Shown here: piece after piece, positions 45,716 through 55,779 of the stretch
How positions within the stretch are numbered: the stretch's first letter is position 1
How the letters are laid out: each line of letters starts with the position of its first letter
From: Alphaproteobacteria bacterium
GTDB taxonomy: Bacteria; Pseudomonadota; Alphaproteobacteria; Rs-D84; SZUA-605
Assembly (NCBI GenBank): GCA_031549385.1
Contig: JAVBPW010000001.1
Location: 390,661 to 454,660, forward strand
Length of the DNA: 64,000 nt
Reading direction: 5' to 3'
Translations under genes and position numbers: made by a program
Notes under the pieces: model-generated
Told to the model about the DNA's origin: nothing
Seen by the model: only the letters and a program-made list of their open reading frames with translations
Databases searched by the model: none

Positions 45716-46858
45716 ATGGCACAAAAGAAAATTTTCGTTATTGCAGGTGAAGCTTCAGGAGATATTTTAGCAGCTTCCGTTATTAGACAACTTAAGAATA
45801 AGGGTTGTATTATTAAGGGTCTTGGAGGAGCTGAAATGGAAAAGGTTGGAGTGAAGTCTATTGCTTCTATTGCCCCTATTTCTGTTATGGGAATTATGGA
45901 AGTTATTCCTAATCTTTTTAAAATTAAAAAACTATTTAAGAAAGTTATGAAGTCTATTAATAGATTTAAACCTGATTGTGTTTTAACTGTTGATTCTACT
46001 GGTTTTAATTTTATGATTGCTAAAGAATTACGTAAGCAAAATTATAAAGGGAAAGTTATTCACTTTGTATCACCTCAGATTTGGGCTTGGAAGGAAAAAA
46101 GAAAATATAAGGTTGCTAAGTTATATGATGAACTTCTTTGTCTTTTCTCTTTTGAAAAACCTTATTACAAAGGATTGAAATTAAAAGTACAAGTTGTTGG
46201 ACATCCTATTGTTGAACAAGGTGCTGATATGGGAAATGCGTTTAAATTTAAACGTAGAAATAAAATAAAAGATAATTCATTTATATTTGGAATTTTACCA
46301 GGTTCTCGTATGAGTGAGGTTTCTAAATTACTACCTGTGTTTTTAGAAACTGCTAAAAATATTTATCAAAAACATAAGGATGCTTTGTTTGTTATTCCTG
46401 TACTTCCTAATACTAAAAAGTTTATTAAAGAAGAAGTTAAAAAATACAAACTTCCTATTAAAATAGTTGAAGTTAATAAACATGATCGTTATGATATGTT
46501 TGCTGCACTTAATGGTGCTATATCTGCTTCTGGTACTGTTTCACTTGAACTTGGGTTAGCACGTGTGCCTCATTGTATATCTTATAAGATTAATGCTTTA
46601 ACTTATTTTATGGTAAGGCTTTTAATTAAAGTTAAGTATGCTAATATTTTTAACTTACTTGCGAATCGATTTTTAGTAAAAGAATATATTCAAAATGATT
46701 GTAATGTTAAGGATTTAACTGAATTTGGAGAAAGTCTTTTTGATAAAAGACAAACTGCTAAAATGAAAGAAAATTTAAAATATGGTGTGCAATTGTTAAG
46801 AGCAAATCATTTGTCACCTTCAAGAAAAGCTGCTCGAGAAATTTTAAAGGAGATTTAA
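45716..46858 (+). CDS. lpxB: Lipid-A-disaccharide synthase
   Basis: 'KIFVIAGEASGDILAASVIRQLK' is the LpxB N-terminus. GT-B fold, about 380 aa. Confidence 0.9.
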   Translation: MAQKKIFVIAGEASGDILAASVIRQLKNKGCIIKGLGGAEMEKVGVKSIASIAPISVMGIMEVIPNLFKIKKLFKKVMKSINRFKPDCVLTVDSTGFNFMIAKELRKQNYKGKVIHFVSPQIWAWKEKRKYKVAKLYDELLCLFSFEKPYYKGLKLKVQVVGHPIVEQGADMGNAFKFKRRNKIKDNSFIFGILPGSRMSEVSKLLPVFLETAKNIYQKHKDALFVIPVLPNTKKFIKEEVKKYKLPIKIVEVNKHDRYDMFAALNGAISASGTVSLELGLARVPHCISYKINALTYFMVRLLIKVKYANIFNLLANRFLVKEYIQNDCNVKDLTEFGESLFDKRQTAKMKENLKYGVQLLRANHLSPSRKAAREILKEI

Positions 46859-46859
46859 G

Positions 46860-47468
46860 ATGAAAAAAAATGGCGTTAATTTTTGGACCATTCCAAATAT
46901 TTTAACTTATATACGAATTATATCTATTGCACCTATGATTTGGTTGATGTTCTTGGCTAAAGGGTCTAATAATTATTTTGATATTTTTTTCTTTGGTAAT
47001 GTAGAATTTATGAGTTTTTTAGCTGCTTTCATTTATGCTTATGGAGCAGTGACTGATTGGCTTGATGGATATATTGCTAAGAAATATAATCAATTTTCTG
47101 ATTTTGGAAGAGCATTGGATCCTATTGCTGATAAGTTAATTGTTATAGCTGTTTTAATGGTTTTGTGTTTTACTAAATTTAATGCTTTTGAAGTTGTTCT
47201 TGCTTACTTGATTGTGTTTAGAGAAATTCTTATTTCTGGTTTTAGAGAAGCATTGGCTGATTATAATATGAAGATGCCTGTTATATTTGTTGCTAGAGTA
47301 AAAACATATATTCAAATGTTTGCTGTAGGCTTTTTAATGGCTTTTGATAGAACCAATATTTGGTATGATGTTGGTTTCTGGTTATTAGTTGTTGCTGTGG
47401 TGCTTACTCTTTATACTGGAGTGATATATATGAATACTATTATAAAAACACTTGTAGGAAAGAAGTAA
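46860..47468 (+). CDS. CDP-alcohol phosphatidyltransferase (PgsA-like)
   Basis: 'DWLDGYIAKKYNQFSDFGRALDPIADK' is the CDP-OH P-transferase motif D-x2-DG-x2-AR...G-x3-D-x3-D. Confidence 0.8.
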   Translation: MKKNGVNFWTIPNILTYIRIISIAPMIWLMFLAKGSNNYFDIFFFGNVEFMSFLAAFIYAYGAVTDWLDGYIAKKYNQFSDFGRALDPIADKLIVIAVLMVLCFTKFNAFEVVLAYLIVFREILISGFREALADYNMKMPVIFVARVKTYIQMFAVGFLMAFDRTNIWYDVGFWLLVVAVVLTLYTGVIYMNTIIKTLVGKK

Positions 47469-47470
47469 AC

Positions 47471-47588
47471 ATTTGAAAATTGGCTGCAAAGCAAAAAGAG
47501 TTAAAAGATTGCTTCACAATCACGTATATTAATACGCTCATGCGAAGACAACTTCCAACTTTTTAGTTTTCGCTCTATTTTGAAATGT
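47471..47588. repeat. MITE-like intergenic repeat, copy C (subfamily 2)
   Basis: 'TTGAAAATTGGCTGCAAAGCAAAAAGAG...CACGTATATTAATACGCTCATGCG...TTTTAGTTTTCGCTCTATTTTGAAATG'. Lies between convergent genes. Confidence 0.65.
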
Positions 47589-47593
47589 TTTAA

Positions 47594-48373
47594 TTAAAGA
47601 TAGGAAGAAAAGGTTATTAGTTTTTTAAAGCTTGGTAATTTAAACTTTTCTTTTGAGTTAGAGGTTTGTGCAAGGTTTTGTGAAGGAAGAGTGGCAAATG
47701 TCCATCCTTTCTTTTTTAATTCTGTGATTGCTTTTTTTAATCCTTCATAGGTTTCTGATTCTGGATGATTCATGTGAGCTATGATAATGTCACCAGATTT
47801 TACTTTGATTGTATTTTTATAAACTTGTTCCTTTTTTAATTTAGCACCTTGATCTGCGTTGATTGCAAAGCCTGCTATTTTGATGTGTTGAGATGATATT
47901 ACTTTTATTCCATTCTTATCATAAGTAGCAGTTCCTGAACGAAACCATGATGGTTTTGTGTGAGTTAATTTTTCTATTTCTTTTGAATTGTCTGTAATTT
48001 CATTAATTAATTCTTCTTTGGACTTTGTTCCTTTTATTCCATATACTGTTGTTTCTGTGGTTGATGCTGGTTTGTGATTTGTTCCATGATTTTCTATTTT
48101 AAATAATGGATTTAAAGATAATTTTTTTGCAATTTCAGGATTCTTTTTAATCCATTTACCTGATAAAAATAAAGTTGTTGGAATTTTGTTTTGAGTTAGA
48201 AAAACTATTAACCTTTTATCTGTTTTTCCATTGCAAGCATCTAAAGTTAAATATGCTATTTTTTCTTTTGTTGGAATGTTTGTTATGATTTCTGAAGAAT
48301 TAGAAATCATTGCAGCAAAAGACGTGCAAGAAAAACTCATTAAAAATGAGAATAATAGAATAGCTTGTTTCAT
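47594..48373 (-). CDS. Polysaccharide deacetylase (CE4/NodB-like), secreted
   Basis: Signal peptide. 'YLTLDACNG' resembles the NodB-type 'TFDDG' motif 1 (TLDA for TFDD). His-rich 'IENHGTNH' and 'IIAHMNHPE'. Confidence 0.6.
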   Translation of the reverse strand: MKQAILLFSFLMSFSCTSFAAMISNSSEIITNIPTKEKIAYLTLDACNGKTDKRLIVFLTQNKIPTTLFLSGKWIKKNPEIAKKLSLNPLFKIENHGTNHKPASTTETTVYGIKGTKSKEELINEITDNSKEIEKLTHTKPSWFRSGTATYDKNGIKVISSQHIKIAGFAINADQGAKLKKEQVYKNTIKVKSGDIIIAHMNHPESETYEGLKKAITELKKKGWTFATLPSQNLAQTSNSKEKFKLPSFKKLITFSSYL

Positions 48374-48378
48374 ATATT

Positions 48379-48690
48379 TTAAAATAATCCTGGTGGAATT
48401 GGTAAATTGCCAGTTGCAGATTTCATTTCTTTTTCTGAAGCTTCTGCTACTTTTGATAAAGCGTCTTTCATTGCAATTAATACTAAATCTTCTAATGTTT
48501 CTTTGTCGCTTAAAAGTTTGTCTGATATTGAAATTGATAATGGTTCTCTTTTACCATTTAATTTTATTGATATTAAATCATTTGAAGCAGAACTAGTAAA
48601 TTCCATAGCATTTAATTTTTCTTGTGCTTCTTTTATTTTTCTTTGTAGTTCCTGTGCCTTTTTTATCATATCAAACATTTTAAACTCCAT
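48379..48690 (-). CDS. ybaB: Nucleoid-associated protein YbaB/EbfC
   Basis: 'MFDMIKKAQELQRKIKEAQEKL...' is the YbaB signature. Follows dnaX as in many bacteria. Confidence 0.85.
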   Translation of the reverse strand: MEFKMFDMIKKAQELQRKIKEAQEKLNAMEFTSSASNDLISIKLNGKREPLSISISDKLLSDKETLEDLVLIAMKDALSKVAEASEKEMKSATGNLPIPPGLF

Positions 48691-48750
48691 CTTATTGGTT
48701 GCAAATAATGATAAAATTTTTGATTTTATACATTATTTTCTTTTTTATTT

Positions 48751-50286
48751 CTAATTGTTACTAATTGTTTCTATTTTTGCTCCTAAGCTATTGATGAGTT
48801 CGTTTACTACATCATTGTTTTGAGCGATTTCTTTTTTCTTTGTTTCTATTGAGCCTTTTAAGGTGCTTGGAATTATTTCTATGTTCCAATTGTCATCTGT
48901 ATAAGTGGCTAAGAAAGTTTTTAACTTTAATACAACAGATTCATTTTCTTTGATTGGAACTGTGATTGAAATTTTTCCTTTCACAAAGTTTTCAAATATT
49001 ACTTTTGTTTCTAAATCTTTTTTGAAAATTGCTTCGTTTTTTTCATCAAGTATTTTTAAAAGAGTTTCTAAATTAGGTATTTCATGAACTTCTTTTATTT
49101 TTTTTACTGAAGCAATTTCTGGTTTTTTAATTTCTGTATTTGTTAACTTATTTACTATATCAATAGGAAGTGGTTGTGTTGAAATATAACACATTCTTAC
49201 TGTTATCATTTGTAAGGCTGTCAATGATTGGTTGGAGATTCTTATTTCTTCCATACCTTTTAATAACATTTGCCACATGCGTGATAGAGAGGCTATTGAT
49301 AATATCTCTGATAATTCTTTTATTTGGTCTAAATGTTCTGGTGAAAATAAAAATGAGTCTATATTTTTTGATATTTTATATCTCATTATCCAATAATTAA
49401 TGTCTAATAAATCAGCAATTATAGATTCTGGATTTCCACCTAAGTCATAAAGTTTTTGTGTTATTTCAATTGCAATTTCTGCTTCACCTTTATTTATTGA
49501 TTTGAATAAATCAAAGATTTTTGTGCGGTCTACTAAGCCCAACATGTCTGAAATTATTTGTGTTGTTAGTTCCCCACTTGATAATGATATTCCTTGATCA
49601 AGAAGTGATAAGCCGTCACGGATAGAGCCATCTGCTGCATTTGCTATTAATGAAATAGCTTCGTCTTCATATTTTATGTGTTCTGAATTTAAAACATTTT
49701 TGTAATGGTTCATTAAAGTTTCTACTTTAACGCGTGGAAGGTCGAATCGTTGGCAACGTGACAATATAGTTACTGGAACTTTTTGAATGTCTGTTGTTGC
49801 AAGGATAAATACTACATGAGCAGGTGGTTCTTCTAATGTTTTTAATAGTGCATTAAAAGCACTTTTTGAAAGCATGTGAACTTCGTCGATGATATATACT
49901 TTATAACGTCCTAATACTGGAGCGTAACTTATTGTGTCTATAATATCTCTAATATTATCTATACCTGTGTTTGATGCAGCGTCAATTTCAAGAACATCCA
50001 AATGTTGTGATGCTGCAATTGCTTTACAATTAGAACAGACTCCGCATGGAGTTGTTGTTGGTTCTTTATTGTTACCATCTGCTCCTAAACAATTTAGAGC
50101 TTTTGCAAATATACGAGCGGTTGAGGTTTTTCCTACACCACGAATACCAGTTAGTATATAACCATGTGCTATTCTTTTTTGATTTATTGCATTTTTTAAT
50201 GTTTGCACGAGAACGTCTTGGCCTATTAGGTCATCGAATGTTTGAGATCTGTATTTTCTGGCTAAAACTTTATAATCGTGTTCCAC
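48751..50286 (-). CDS. dnaX: DNA polymerase III subunit tau/gamma
   Basis: AAA+ 'GIRGVGKTSTARIFAKALNC'. Zn module 'CGVCSNCKA'. Box VII 'SRCQRF'. Confidence 0.9.
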   Translation of the reverse strand: MEHDYKVLARKYRSQTFDDLIGQDVLVQTLKNAINQKRIAHGYILTGIRGVGKTSTARIFAKALNCLGADGNNKEPTTTPCGVCSNCKAIAASQHLDVLEIDAASNTGIDNIRDIIDTISYAPVLGRYKVYIIDEVHMLSKSAFNALLKTLEEPPAHVVFILATTDIQKVPVTILSRCQRFDLPRVKVETLMNHYKNVLNSEHIKYEDEAISLIANAADGSIRDGLSLLDQGISLSSGELTTQIISDMLGLVDRTKIFDLFKSINKGEAEIAIEITQKLYDLGGNPESIIADLLDINYWIMRYKISKNIDSFLFSPEHLDQIKELSEILSIASLSRMWQMLLKGMEEIRISNQSLTALQMITVRMCYISTQPLPIDIVNKLTNTEIKKPEIASVKKIKEVHEIPNLETLLKILDEKNEAIFKKDLETKVIFENFVKGKISITVPIKENESVVLKLKTFLATYTDDNWNIEIIPSTLKGSIETKKKEIAQNNDVVNELINSLGAKIETISNN

Positions 50287-50369
50287 TTTCTATCCTCGTT
50301 TTTTATCTGTTTTGATTATAAGAGTTTTGAAATATATTGCAATAAAAAAGAGCCTTTTAAGACTCCTTT

Positions 50370-50897
50370 TTATTGTGAAATTATCATTGATAGTTTTTTA
50401 CCTTCCATCAAAGGTTCTTTTTCTATTTTAAAGTTGCCTTGTAGGTCAGCCTTGAACTTTTGTAGTAAATCATAACCCTTTTGTTTGAATTGTAGATCAC
50501 GACCTTTGAAACGTACTGTTAATTTTACTTTATCACCATGTTCTAAAAACTTTTGTGCTGCTTTAAGTTTTACTTCATAGCCTTCGCCTTCTATTGATGG
50601 ACCAAATGTTAATTCTTTTAGTTTTGTTATAACTTGATTCTTTTTTGCTTCTTGTTTCTTTTTTTGTTTTTCAAATTTGAAACGTCCATAATCCATGATT
50701 TTACATACTGGTGGCTCAAGGTTTGGTGAGATTTCGACTAGGTCTAGTCCTGCATTGTCAGCCATTGATAGAGCTTGAGATAGAGAGATTACTCCTATGT
50801 TTTCCCCGTTTTCGTCGATAAGACGTATTTGAGAAGCTCTGATTTCTTTGTTTTTTCTTAATTCATCTTCTTTTTTTACAAATTTTTTGTTGTCCAC
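50370..50897 (-). CDS. infC: Translation initiation factor IF-3
   Basis: 'KEIRASQIRLIDENGENIGV...DLVEISPNLEPPVCKIMDYGRFKFE'. GTG start in the track. A non-canonical AUU/AUA start upstream is possible, as is typical for infC. Confidence 0.9.
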   Translation of the reverse strand: MDNKKFVKKEDELRKNKEIRASQIRLIDENGENIGVISLSQALSMADNAGLDLVEISPNLEPPVCKIMDYGRFKFEKQKKKQEAKKNQVITKLKELTFGPSIEGEGYEVKLKAAQKFLEHGDKVKLTVRFKGRDLQFKQKGYDLLQKFKADLQGNFKIEKEPLMEGKKLSMIISQ

Positions 50898-51002
50898 ATT
50901 TATCCTTTTTATATGGTTATATCTATATTTTATAATATAGATTTGCTTTAGTCTAGTAAAAGTTGTGAGTTTTTAAGAAAAGTTTTAGTATTACAGGCAA
51001 AA

Positions 51003-51179
51003 CTATTTTGGTTGTTTTGCTTCTGTAAATTCAACATGCTTTCTTAATTTTTTGTCATACTTTTTGAACTTCAATTTTTCTTGAGTATTCAAGCTTTTAG
51101 GATTCTTTTTAGTTACGTAATAAGTTCCTGTTTCTTTGTTCATTAAACGTATGAAAATTGCATTTGCTTTTGTTGCCAT
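51003..51179 (-). CDS. rpmG: 50S ribosomal protein L33
   Basis: Translation MATKANAIFIRLMNKETGTYYVTKKNPKSLNTQEKLKFKKYDKKLRKHVEFTEAKQPK matches the L33 pattern (..TG.FY.T.KN......KL...KYD...RKHV.F.E.K). Below the ORF-track cutoff. Confidence 0.8.
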   Translation of the reverse strand: MATKANAIFIRLMNKETGTYYVTKKNPKSLNTQEKLKFKKYDKKLRKHVEFTEAKQPK

Positions 51180-51337
51180 TTTTTAAATTCCTTTATTCTT
51201 TGTGTGAATATAATAAACAATTACTTTTGAAATTTCAAGCAAAAAATAGGCTTTATTGACAAATTGACTTTTTGGGTTTAGATTGATTTGGAAAATATAT
51301 AGTCAAACTTAAATTTAAATCAAAAACATTAAAACAA

Positions 51338-51676
51338 ATGAAAGTAAATCTTTGGCAAGAAACTGAAGCTGCCTTGAAGGAGCATGATATCGATTTTGAC
51401 CGCGACGTTAATAATGTCGTTATCAATGGTCATCTTATAAATAAAGGTGATTTTATGCGGTTGGCTGAACGAACTAATTATGAAGATGTTTATGCCACTA
51501 AGTTTGAAATTAATCCAACGCTTATGATTGTTGGTGGAACTTGGTGGATGAAACGTTCAAGTTCACCTTCACAAAGCATTGGATCAGTGGAAGGTTGGGA
51601 GTTTCATAGACAACCTGAAGTGCCTGTTGTTTATAAGGAAATTAAAACCTTGATGAACACAAAAAAATATGAATAG
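51338..51676 (+). CDS. Hypothetical protein (112 aa), slightly GC-enriched
   Basis: ORF ending at a strong bidirectional terminator. No recognisable domain. Confidence 0.4.
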   Translation: MKVNLWQETEAALKEHDIDFDRDVNNVVINGHLINKGDFMRLAERTNYEDVYATKFEINPTLMIVGGTWWMKRSSSPSQSIGSVEGWEFHRQPEVPVVYKEIKTLMNTKKYE

Positions 51677-51687
51677 TTTTAAACATT

Positions 51688-51716
51688 AAAAAACCCCCAA
51701 ATTGGGGGTTTATTTT
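51688..51716. terminator. Bidirectional intrinsic terminator (AAACCCCCAA-ATT-GGGGGTTT)
   Basis: Perfect GC-rich hairpin with A/T runs on both sides, between convergent genes. Confidence 0.75.
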
Positions 51717-51891
51717 ATTCTGGATCGATTGCATTAACCGGACAAACTTGAGCGCACATGCCACAGCTTACGCATTTTTCTGGGTCAATTTTTTCTTTTC
51801 CATTTGGTTGTCTTGCAATTGCCATTTGTGGGCAGATAGCTTCACAACTTCCACAACCTATACATTTTACTTCGTCTATTTTATATGCCAT
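51715..51891 (-). CDS. Small 2x[4Fe-4S] ferredoxin (58 aa)
   Basis: Translation MAYKIDEVKCIGCGSCEAICPQMAIARQPNGKEKIDPEKCVSCGMCAQVCPVNAIDPE has two CxxCxxCxxxCP motifs. Below the ORF-track cutoff. Confidence 0.7.
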   Translation of the reverse strand: MAYKIDEVKCIGCGSCEAICPQMAIARQPNGKEKIDPEKCVSCGMCAQVCPVNAIDPE

Positions 51892-51909
51892 TTTATTTTT
51901 TTCCTTTTA

Positions 51910-52623
51910 TTATTTTCTGTCCCCACCACCTGTTAAGCGTAAGATTGCTAAGAACAAGTTGATGAAATCTAAGTACAATGTTAATGCTCCAAATACTGCT
52001 ACATTTTCTGATTTTGAACTTCCACCCATTTGAGTGTGAATTACTTTTAGTTTTTGGATGTCATATGCAGTAAAGCCTACAAAGATTATTACTGTTAATA
52101 TATCAATTATAAAACTCATTTGAGCTGAACCTAAGAAGATGTTGATGATTGATGCTATGATTACTCCAATTAATCCCATGAACATGAATGAACCAACAGA
52201 TGTTAAGTCTTTCTTTGTTGTGTATCCATAGATAGACATTGCACCAAAAGTTGATGCTGTGATTAAAAATGCACGAGCAATGCTTACTACTGAATAGCCT
52301 AGTAATGAAATGCTTAATGATAATCCCATTAATACTGAGAAAGCAAAGAACATGCCTTTTGCTTTAGCTGGTTCCATGGTATAAAGTTTGTTTGCTATGA
52401 AAAACAAGAATATCAATGGAGAGAATATTACTAAGTAACCTAGTAATGAAAGTGATGCTCCATTTGCTGATACTTTTATAAATAATGTTATTAGGTTAAA
52501 ATTTATTGTTAAAAATGCTGTAAGAGCACTTATTAATAAACCTGCACCCATATAGTTAAATGTGTTTAGTATAAAGCTCTTTAAGTCGGTTTTTTGAGCA
52601 ACTACTGTTGTTTTGTTTTTCAT
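51910..52623 (-). CDS. Bax-inhibitor-1/YccA-family (TMBIM) membrane protein
   Basis: 237 aa with seven TM helices. The C-terminal pattern is typical of the BI-1 family. Confidence 0.7.
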   Translation of the reverse strand: MKNKTTVVAQKTDLKSFILNTFNYMGAGLLISALTAFLTINFNLITLFIKVSANGASLSLLGYLVIFSPLIFLFFIANKLYTMEPAKAKGMFFAFSVLMGLSLSISLLGYSVVSIARAFLITASTFGAMSIYGYTTKKDLTSVGSFMFMGLIGVIIASIINIFLGSAQMSFIIDILTVIIFVGFTAYDIQKLKVIHTQMGGSSKSENVAVFGALTLYLDFINLFLAILRLTGGGDRK

Positions 52624-52857
52624 TTTTCATCTCCGTTTTTTAAGGTTAGTATTAATATATCTTTCAAAAAGGGGTATTTCAAGCACAAAATTTTATTTTT
52701 TTCTTGTAATTTCAAATATTTTTGTTTATATATTATCTATCTTTTTGAAATAAAAAGAAATTCACATGTTGCAAATGGGCCTTTAAAAAAACCTAACGGT
52801 GCTCGAAAGAGTGTAGTGCAACAGAGGTTAACCGGTAAATATAAAGGAGTCATTAAA

Positions 52858-53664
52858 ATGAGTTTACCAAACGTTGATATTAAAGAATTAATTGAAGCTG
52901 GTGTTCACTTCGGACATCAATCTCGTCATTGGAATCCTAAGATGTCTAAGTACATCTATGGAACAAAAAATAAAGTGCATGTTATTGATCTTCGCCAAAC
53001 TGTGGTGATGATGCAAGATGCTCTTAAAAAATTAGAAGAAATTGCTGCAAATGGTGGAAAGTTCCTTTTTGTTGGAACAAAAAGACAAGCTGCTGACTTA
53101 GTTAGAGATGAATCTGAAAAAGTTGGTCAATACTATGTTAACCATAGATGGTTGGGTGGTATGTTGACTAATTGGAAAACTGTTAGTGCAAGTATTAGAA
53201 AAATGAAGCAAATCGAAAAACAAATCGAAAATGCTCAAGAACTTAAATTAACTAAAAAAGAAATCTTAAATTTAACTCGTGAAAGCGAAAAATTAAGAAT
53301 GGTATTAGGTGGTATTATGGATTTAGATGGAACTCCATCTGCATTAATTGTTATTGATGTACCACGTGAAAAATTGGCTATTGCTGAAGCAAATACTTTA
53401 GGTATTCCTGTTTTTGCTATTTGTGATACTAATGCAAATCCTGATGGAATTGATTATATAATTCCTGGTAACGATGACGCTTTTAGAGCTATTTCAGTTT
53501 ACCTTGATTTGATGACTAAAGCTATACTTTCTGGATTTGAAAAAAGAGTTGGAAATATGGAAGCTAAATCATCTGCTAAAGTAGAAGTTAAAAAGGCTGA
53601 AAAAGTTGAAGTTAAAAAAGAGGAAGTTGTTGCTACAGAAACTAAAGAAAATAAAGGAGAATAA
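52858..53664 (+). CDS. rpsB: 30S ribosomal protein S2
   Basis: 'LIEAGVHFGHQSRHWNPKMSKYIYG' is the canonical S2 N-terminus. ATG at 52858 with AAAGGAG RBS. The track ORF is extended upstream to 52594. Confidence 0.95.
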   Translation: MSLPNVDIKELIEAGVHFGHQSRHWNPKMSKYIYGTKNKVHVIDLRQTVVMMQDALKKLEEIAANGGKFLFVGTKRQAADLVRDESEKVGQYYVNHRWLGGMLTNWKTVSASIRKMKQIEKQIENAQELKLTKKEILNLTRESEKLRMVLGGIMDLDGTPSALIVIDVPREKLAIAEANTLGIPVFAICDTNANPDGIDYIIPGNDDAFRAISVYLDLMTKAILSGFEKRVGNMEAKSSAKVEVKKAEKVEVKKEEVVATETKENKGE

Positions 53665-53666
53665 TT

Positions 53667-54530
53667 ATGGTACAAATTACAACACAAATGATTACTGAAT
53701 TACGCGCTAAAACAAGTGCTGGAATGATGGATTGCAAAACTGCTTTAGTTGAATGCAATGGTGATTTCGAAGCTGCTGTTGATTGGTTACGTAAAAAAGG
53801 TTTAGTTAAAGCTGGTAAAAAATCTGAAAGAGTTGCTGCTTCTGGATTGGTTTCATTTGATGTTGAACCAGGTAGAGGTGTTATTGTTGAAGTAAACTGC
53901 GAAACTGATTTTGTGGCTAAAAATATTGATTTCCAAAATTTAGTTAGACAAGTTGCTAACAGTGCTTTGGTTGTTGATGGTGATTTAGAAAAAACTAAAG
54001 AAATCCAAGCTGATGCTGTTGCTAATGCTATTGCTACAATTGGTGAAAATATTCAAATCAGAAGAACTGCTTTTATTAAAGCTCCTGTGATTGCAAGTTA
54101 CTTACATACAGAAACTGCTCCAAGAATGGGTAAGATTGTTGTGCTTGTTGGACTTGAAGGTGATGATCAAAAATGTGCAGAAGTTGGACGTAAAGTTGCT
54201 ATGCATGTTGCTGCTTCTAAACCTGATTATTTAGATATCGAATCTGTTCCTTCAAATGTAGTAGAAAAAGAAAGAGATTTCCAAAGAGAACAATCTTTAG
54301 CTTCTGGAAAACCTGCTGACATTGTTGAAAAAATGTTAACTGGTAGAATTCAAAAATTCTATGAAGAAATTGTACTTTTAGAACAACCTTTTGTTATGGA
54401 TCCTGCTAAAAAAGTTAAAGATGTTTTGGAAGGATGTAAGGTTACTGGTTTCAAGATGTTAATTCTTGGAGACGGAGTCGAAAAGAAACAAGAAGATTAT
54501 GCATCTGAAGTTGCTTCTATGCTAAAATAG
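53667..54530 (+). CDS. tsf: Elongation factor Ts
   Basis: 'ITTQMITELRAKTSAGMMDCKTALVECNGDFEAAVDWLRKKG' is the EF-Ts N-terminus. Immediately follows rpsB. Confidence 0.95.
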   Translation: MVQITTQMITELRAKTSAGMMDCKTALVECNGDFEAAVDWLRKKGLVKAGKKSERVAASGLVSFDVEPGRGVIVEVNCETDFVAKNIDFQNLVRQVANSALVVDGDLEKTKEIQADAVANAIATIGENIQIRRTAFIKAPVIASYLHTETAPRMGKIVVLVGLEGDDQKCAEVGRKVAMHVAASKPDYLDIESVPSNVVEKERDFQREQSLASGKPADIVEKMLTGRIQKFYEEIVLLEQPFVMDPAKKVKDVLEGCKVTGFKMLILGDGVEKKQEDYASEVASMLK

Positions 54531-54551
54531 TTTTCTTGAAAAACAAATTTT

Positions 54552-54590
54552 AAACCTCTGAGAAATCAGGGGTTTAATTTTTTTATTTTT
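54552..54590 (+). terminator. Intrinsic terminator after tsf
   Basis: AACCTCTGA-GAAA-TCAGGGGTT hairpin plus a T-run. Confidence 0.65.
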
Positions 54591-54655
54591 TATCTGTGGA
54601 TAATTATCAAAAAATATGTATTTTTAATGTTGGAAATTTTGAGAAGGAGGTAAAC

Positions 54656-55147
54656 ATGAAAACTTTTATAACTGGTCCTATGTTTAGTGGAAAAACTACT
54701 GTGCTTTTGATGTTTTATAATAATTATAAAGGTAAGAAAATGCTGTTTAAGCCCTCTGTGGATAATAGAGAAGGAACTTGTAAGGTTGTATCTCGTGATG
54801 GGTTGGTTGCTGATTGCCAATTTATAGAAAATGAATTTCCTAATGTAGATAAAGGTGTTCATATTTTTATTGATGAAGCTCAATTTTTAAGTGAAGAAGT
54901 TTTAAAAGAAATATTAAAATATGAAAATGTTACTTTTTGTGGGCTTAACACTGATTGGCAAGGTAATAAATGGCCTTATTTAAATGTGGTTGATGAAATT
55001 AGACCTCTTAAAACTATTACTTGTTCTGCTGTTTGTGATTGTGGAAAACCTGCTTATTTTAGTAAAAGACTTAGCAAATCTGTTTATTTGGTTGATGTTG
55101 GGCATGAATATAAACCTGTATGTGAAGATTGTTTCAAGAATAAATAG
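54656..55147 (+). CDS. tdk: Thymidine kinase
   Basis: 'MKTFITGPMFSGKTT' P-loop. C-terminal Zn ribbon 'CSAVCDCGKPAYF...CEDCF'. ATG at 54656 with GAAGGAGG RBS (the track start at 54596 is GTG). Confidence 0.85.
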   Translation: MKTFITGPMFSGKTTVLLMFYNNYKGKKMLFKPSVDNREGTCKVVSRDGLVADCQFIENEFPNVDKGVHIFIDEAQFLSEEVLKEILKYENVTFCGLNTDWQGNKWPYLNVVDEIRPLKTITCSAVCDCGKPAYFSKRLSKSVYLVDVGHEYKPVCEDCFKNK

Positions 55148-55210
55148 TTGACAAAATTGAATATATTCAATATGTTTTAGGTAAAATATAAAATCAAATT
55201 TAAATAATAT

Positions 55211-55687
55211 ATGAAAAAGTTAAAAGATTTACGGATAGGGGATTGTCTTTATCATGACTGTAGTTATTTTTTTATTTCAGAAAAGTTAACTAGGAAAGAA
55301 GTTAAGGATAGAGTACTAACCTATCATGGGTGTGTTTTTGAAGTAGGTAGTAGCAAATTGGCTTTATCACCGGATCTTCGGGTTTCGCAATCTGAAGATT
55401 GTGTGAAAAGATATTTGGAAGAGATTGCTGGAGTTGAATATATGCAGCTTCCTGACCCTGTTGATGTTGCTAAGGCTTTTATGGAGCATACCTTTATTTT
55501 TAAATCATTTGAGGAGCGTTTTTGGCTTCGTACATTTTCTCATAACCGAATGCTTGCAAGTGTTGAGCCGCAAGGTTTTATTTGCGAAAGTTCTTTGACT
55601 GCTGAATTGGCGGTTATAAAAATGGTCTATGATTTAAATAAAATCAAAGATTGGCATCCGAGTATGAAAGAGATAGGAGTGGTTTAA
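55211..55687 (+). CDS. Hypothetical protein (158 aa)
   Basis: No signal or TM. No recognisable motif. Confidence 0.4.
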   Translation: MKKLKDLRIGDCLYHDCSYFFISEKLTRKEVKDRVLTYHGCVFEVGSSKLALSPDLRVSQSEDCVKRYLEEIAGVEYMQLPDPVDVAKAFMEHTFIFKSFEERFWLRTFSHNRMLASVEPQGFICESSLTAELAVIKMVYDLNKIKDWHPSMKEIGVV

Positions 55688-55779
55688 CCACTCTTTTTTT
55701 ATTCATTGACAAAAGATAGGATTCAAAATAAGGTTTGAAGTAATCAAGTAAAAATTAAAATTAAAAAATCAATATAGAT

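Noticed and set aside
48231-48754. ORF-track entries 48231-48596 (+) and 48407-48754 (+) overlapping ybaB and the deacetylase gene
   Set aside because: Antisense to conserved ybaB and the deacetylase coding sequence. Leu/Ile-rich low-complexity translations.
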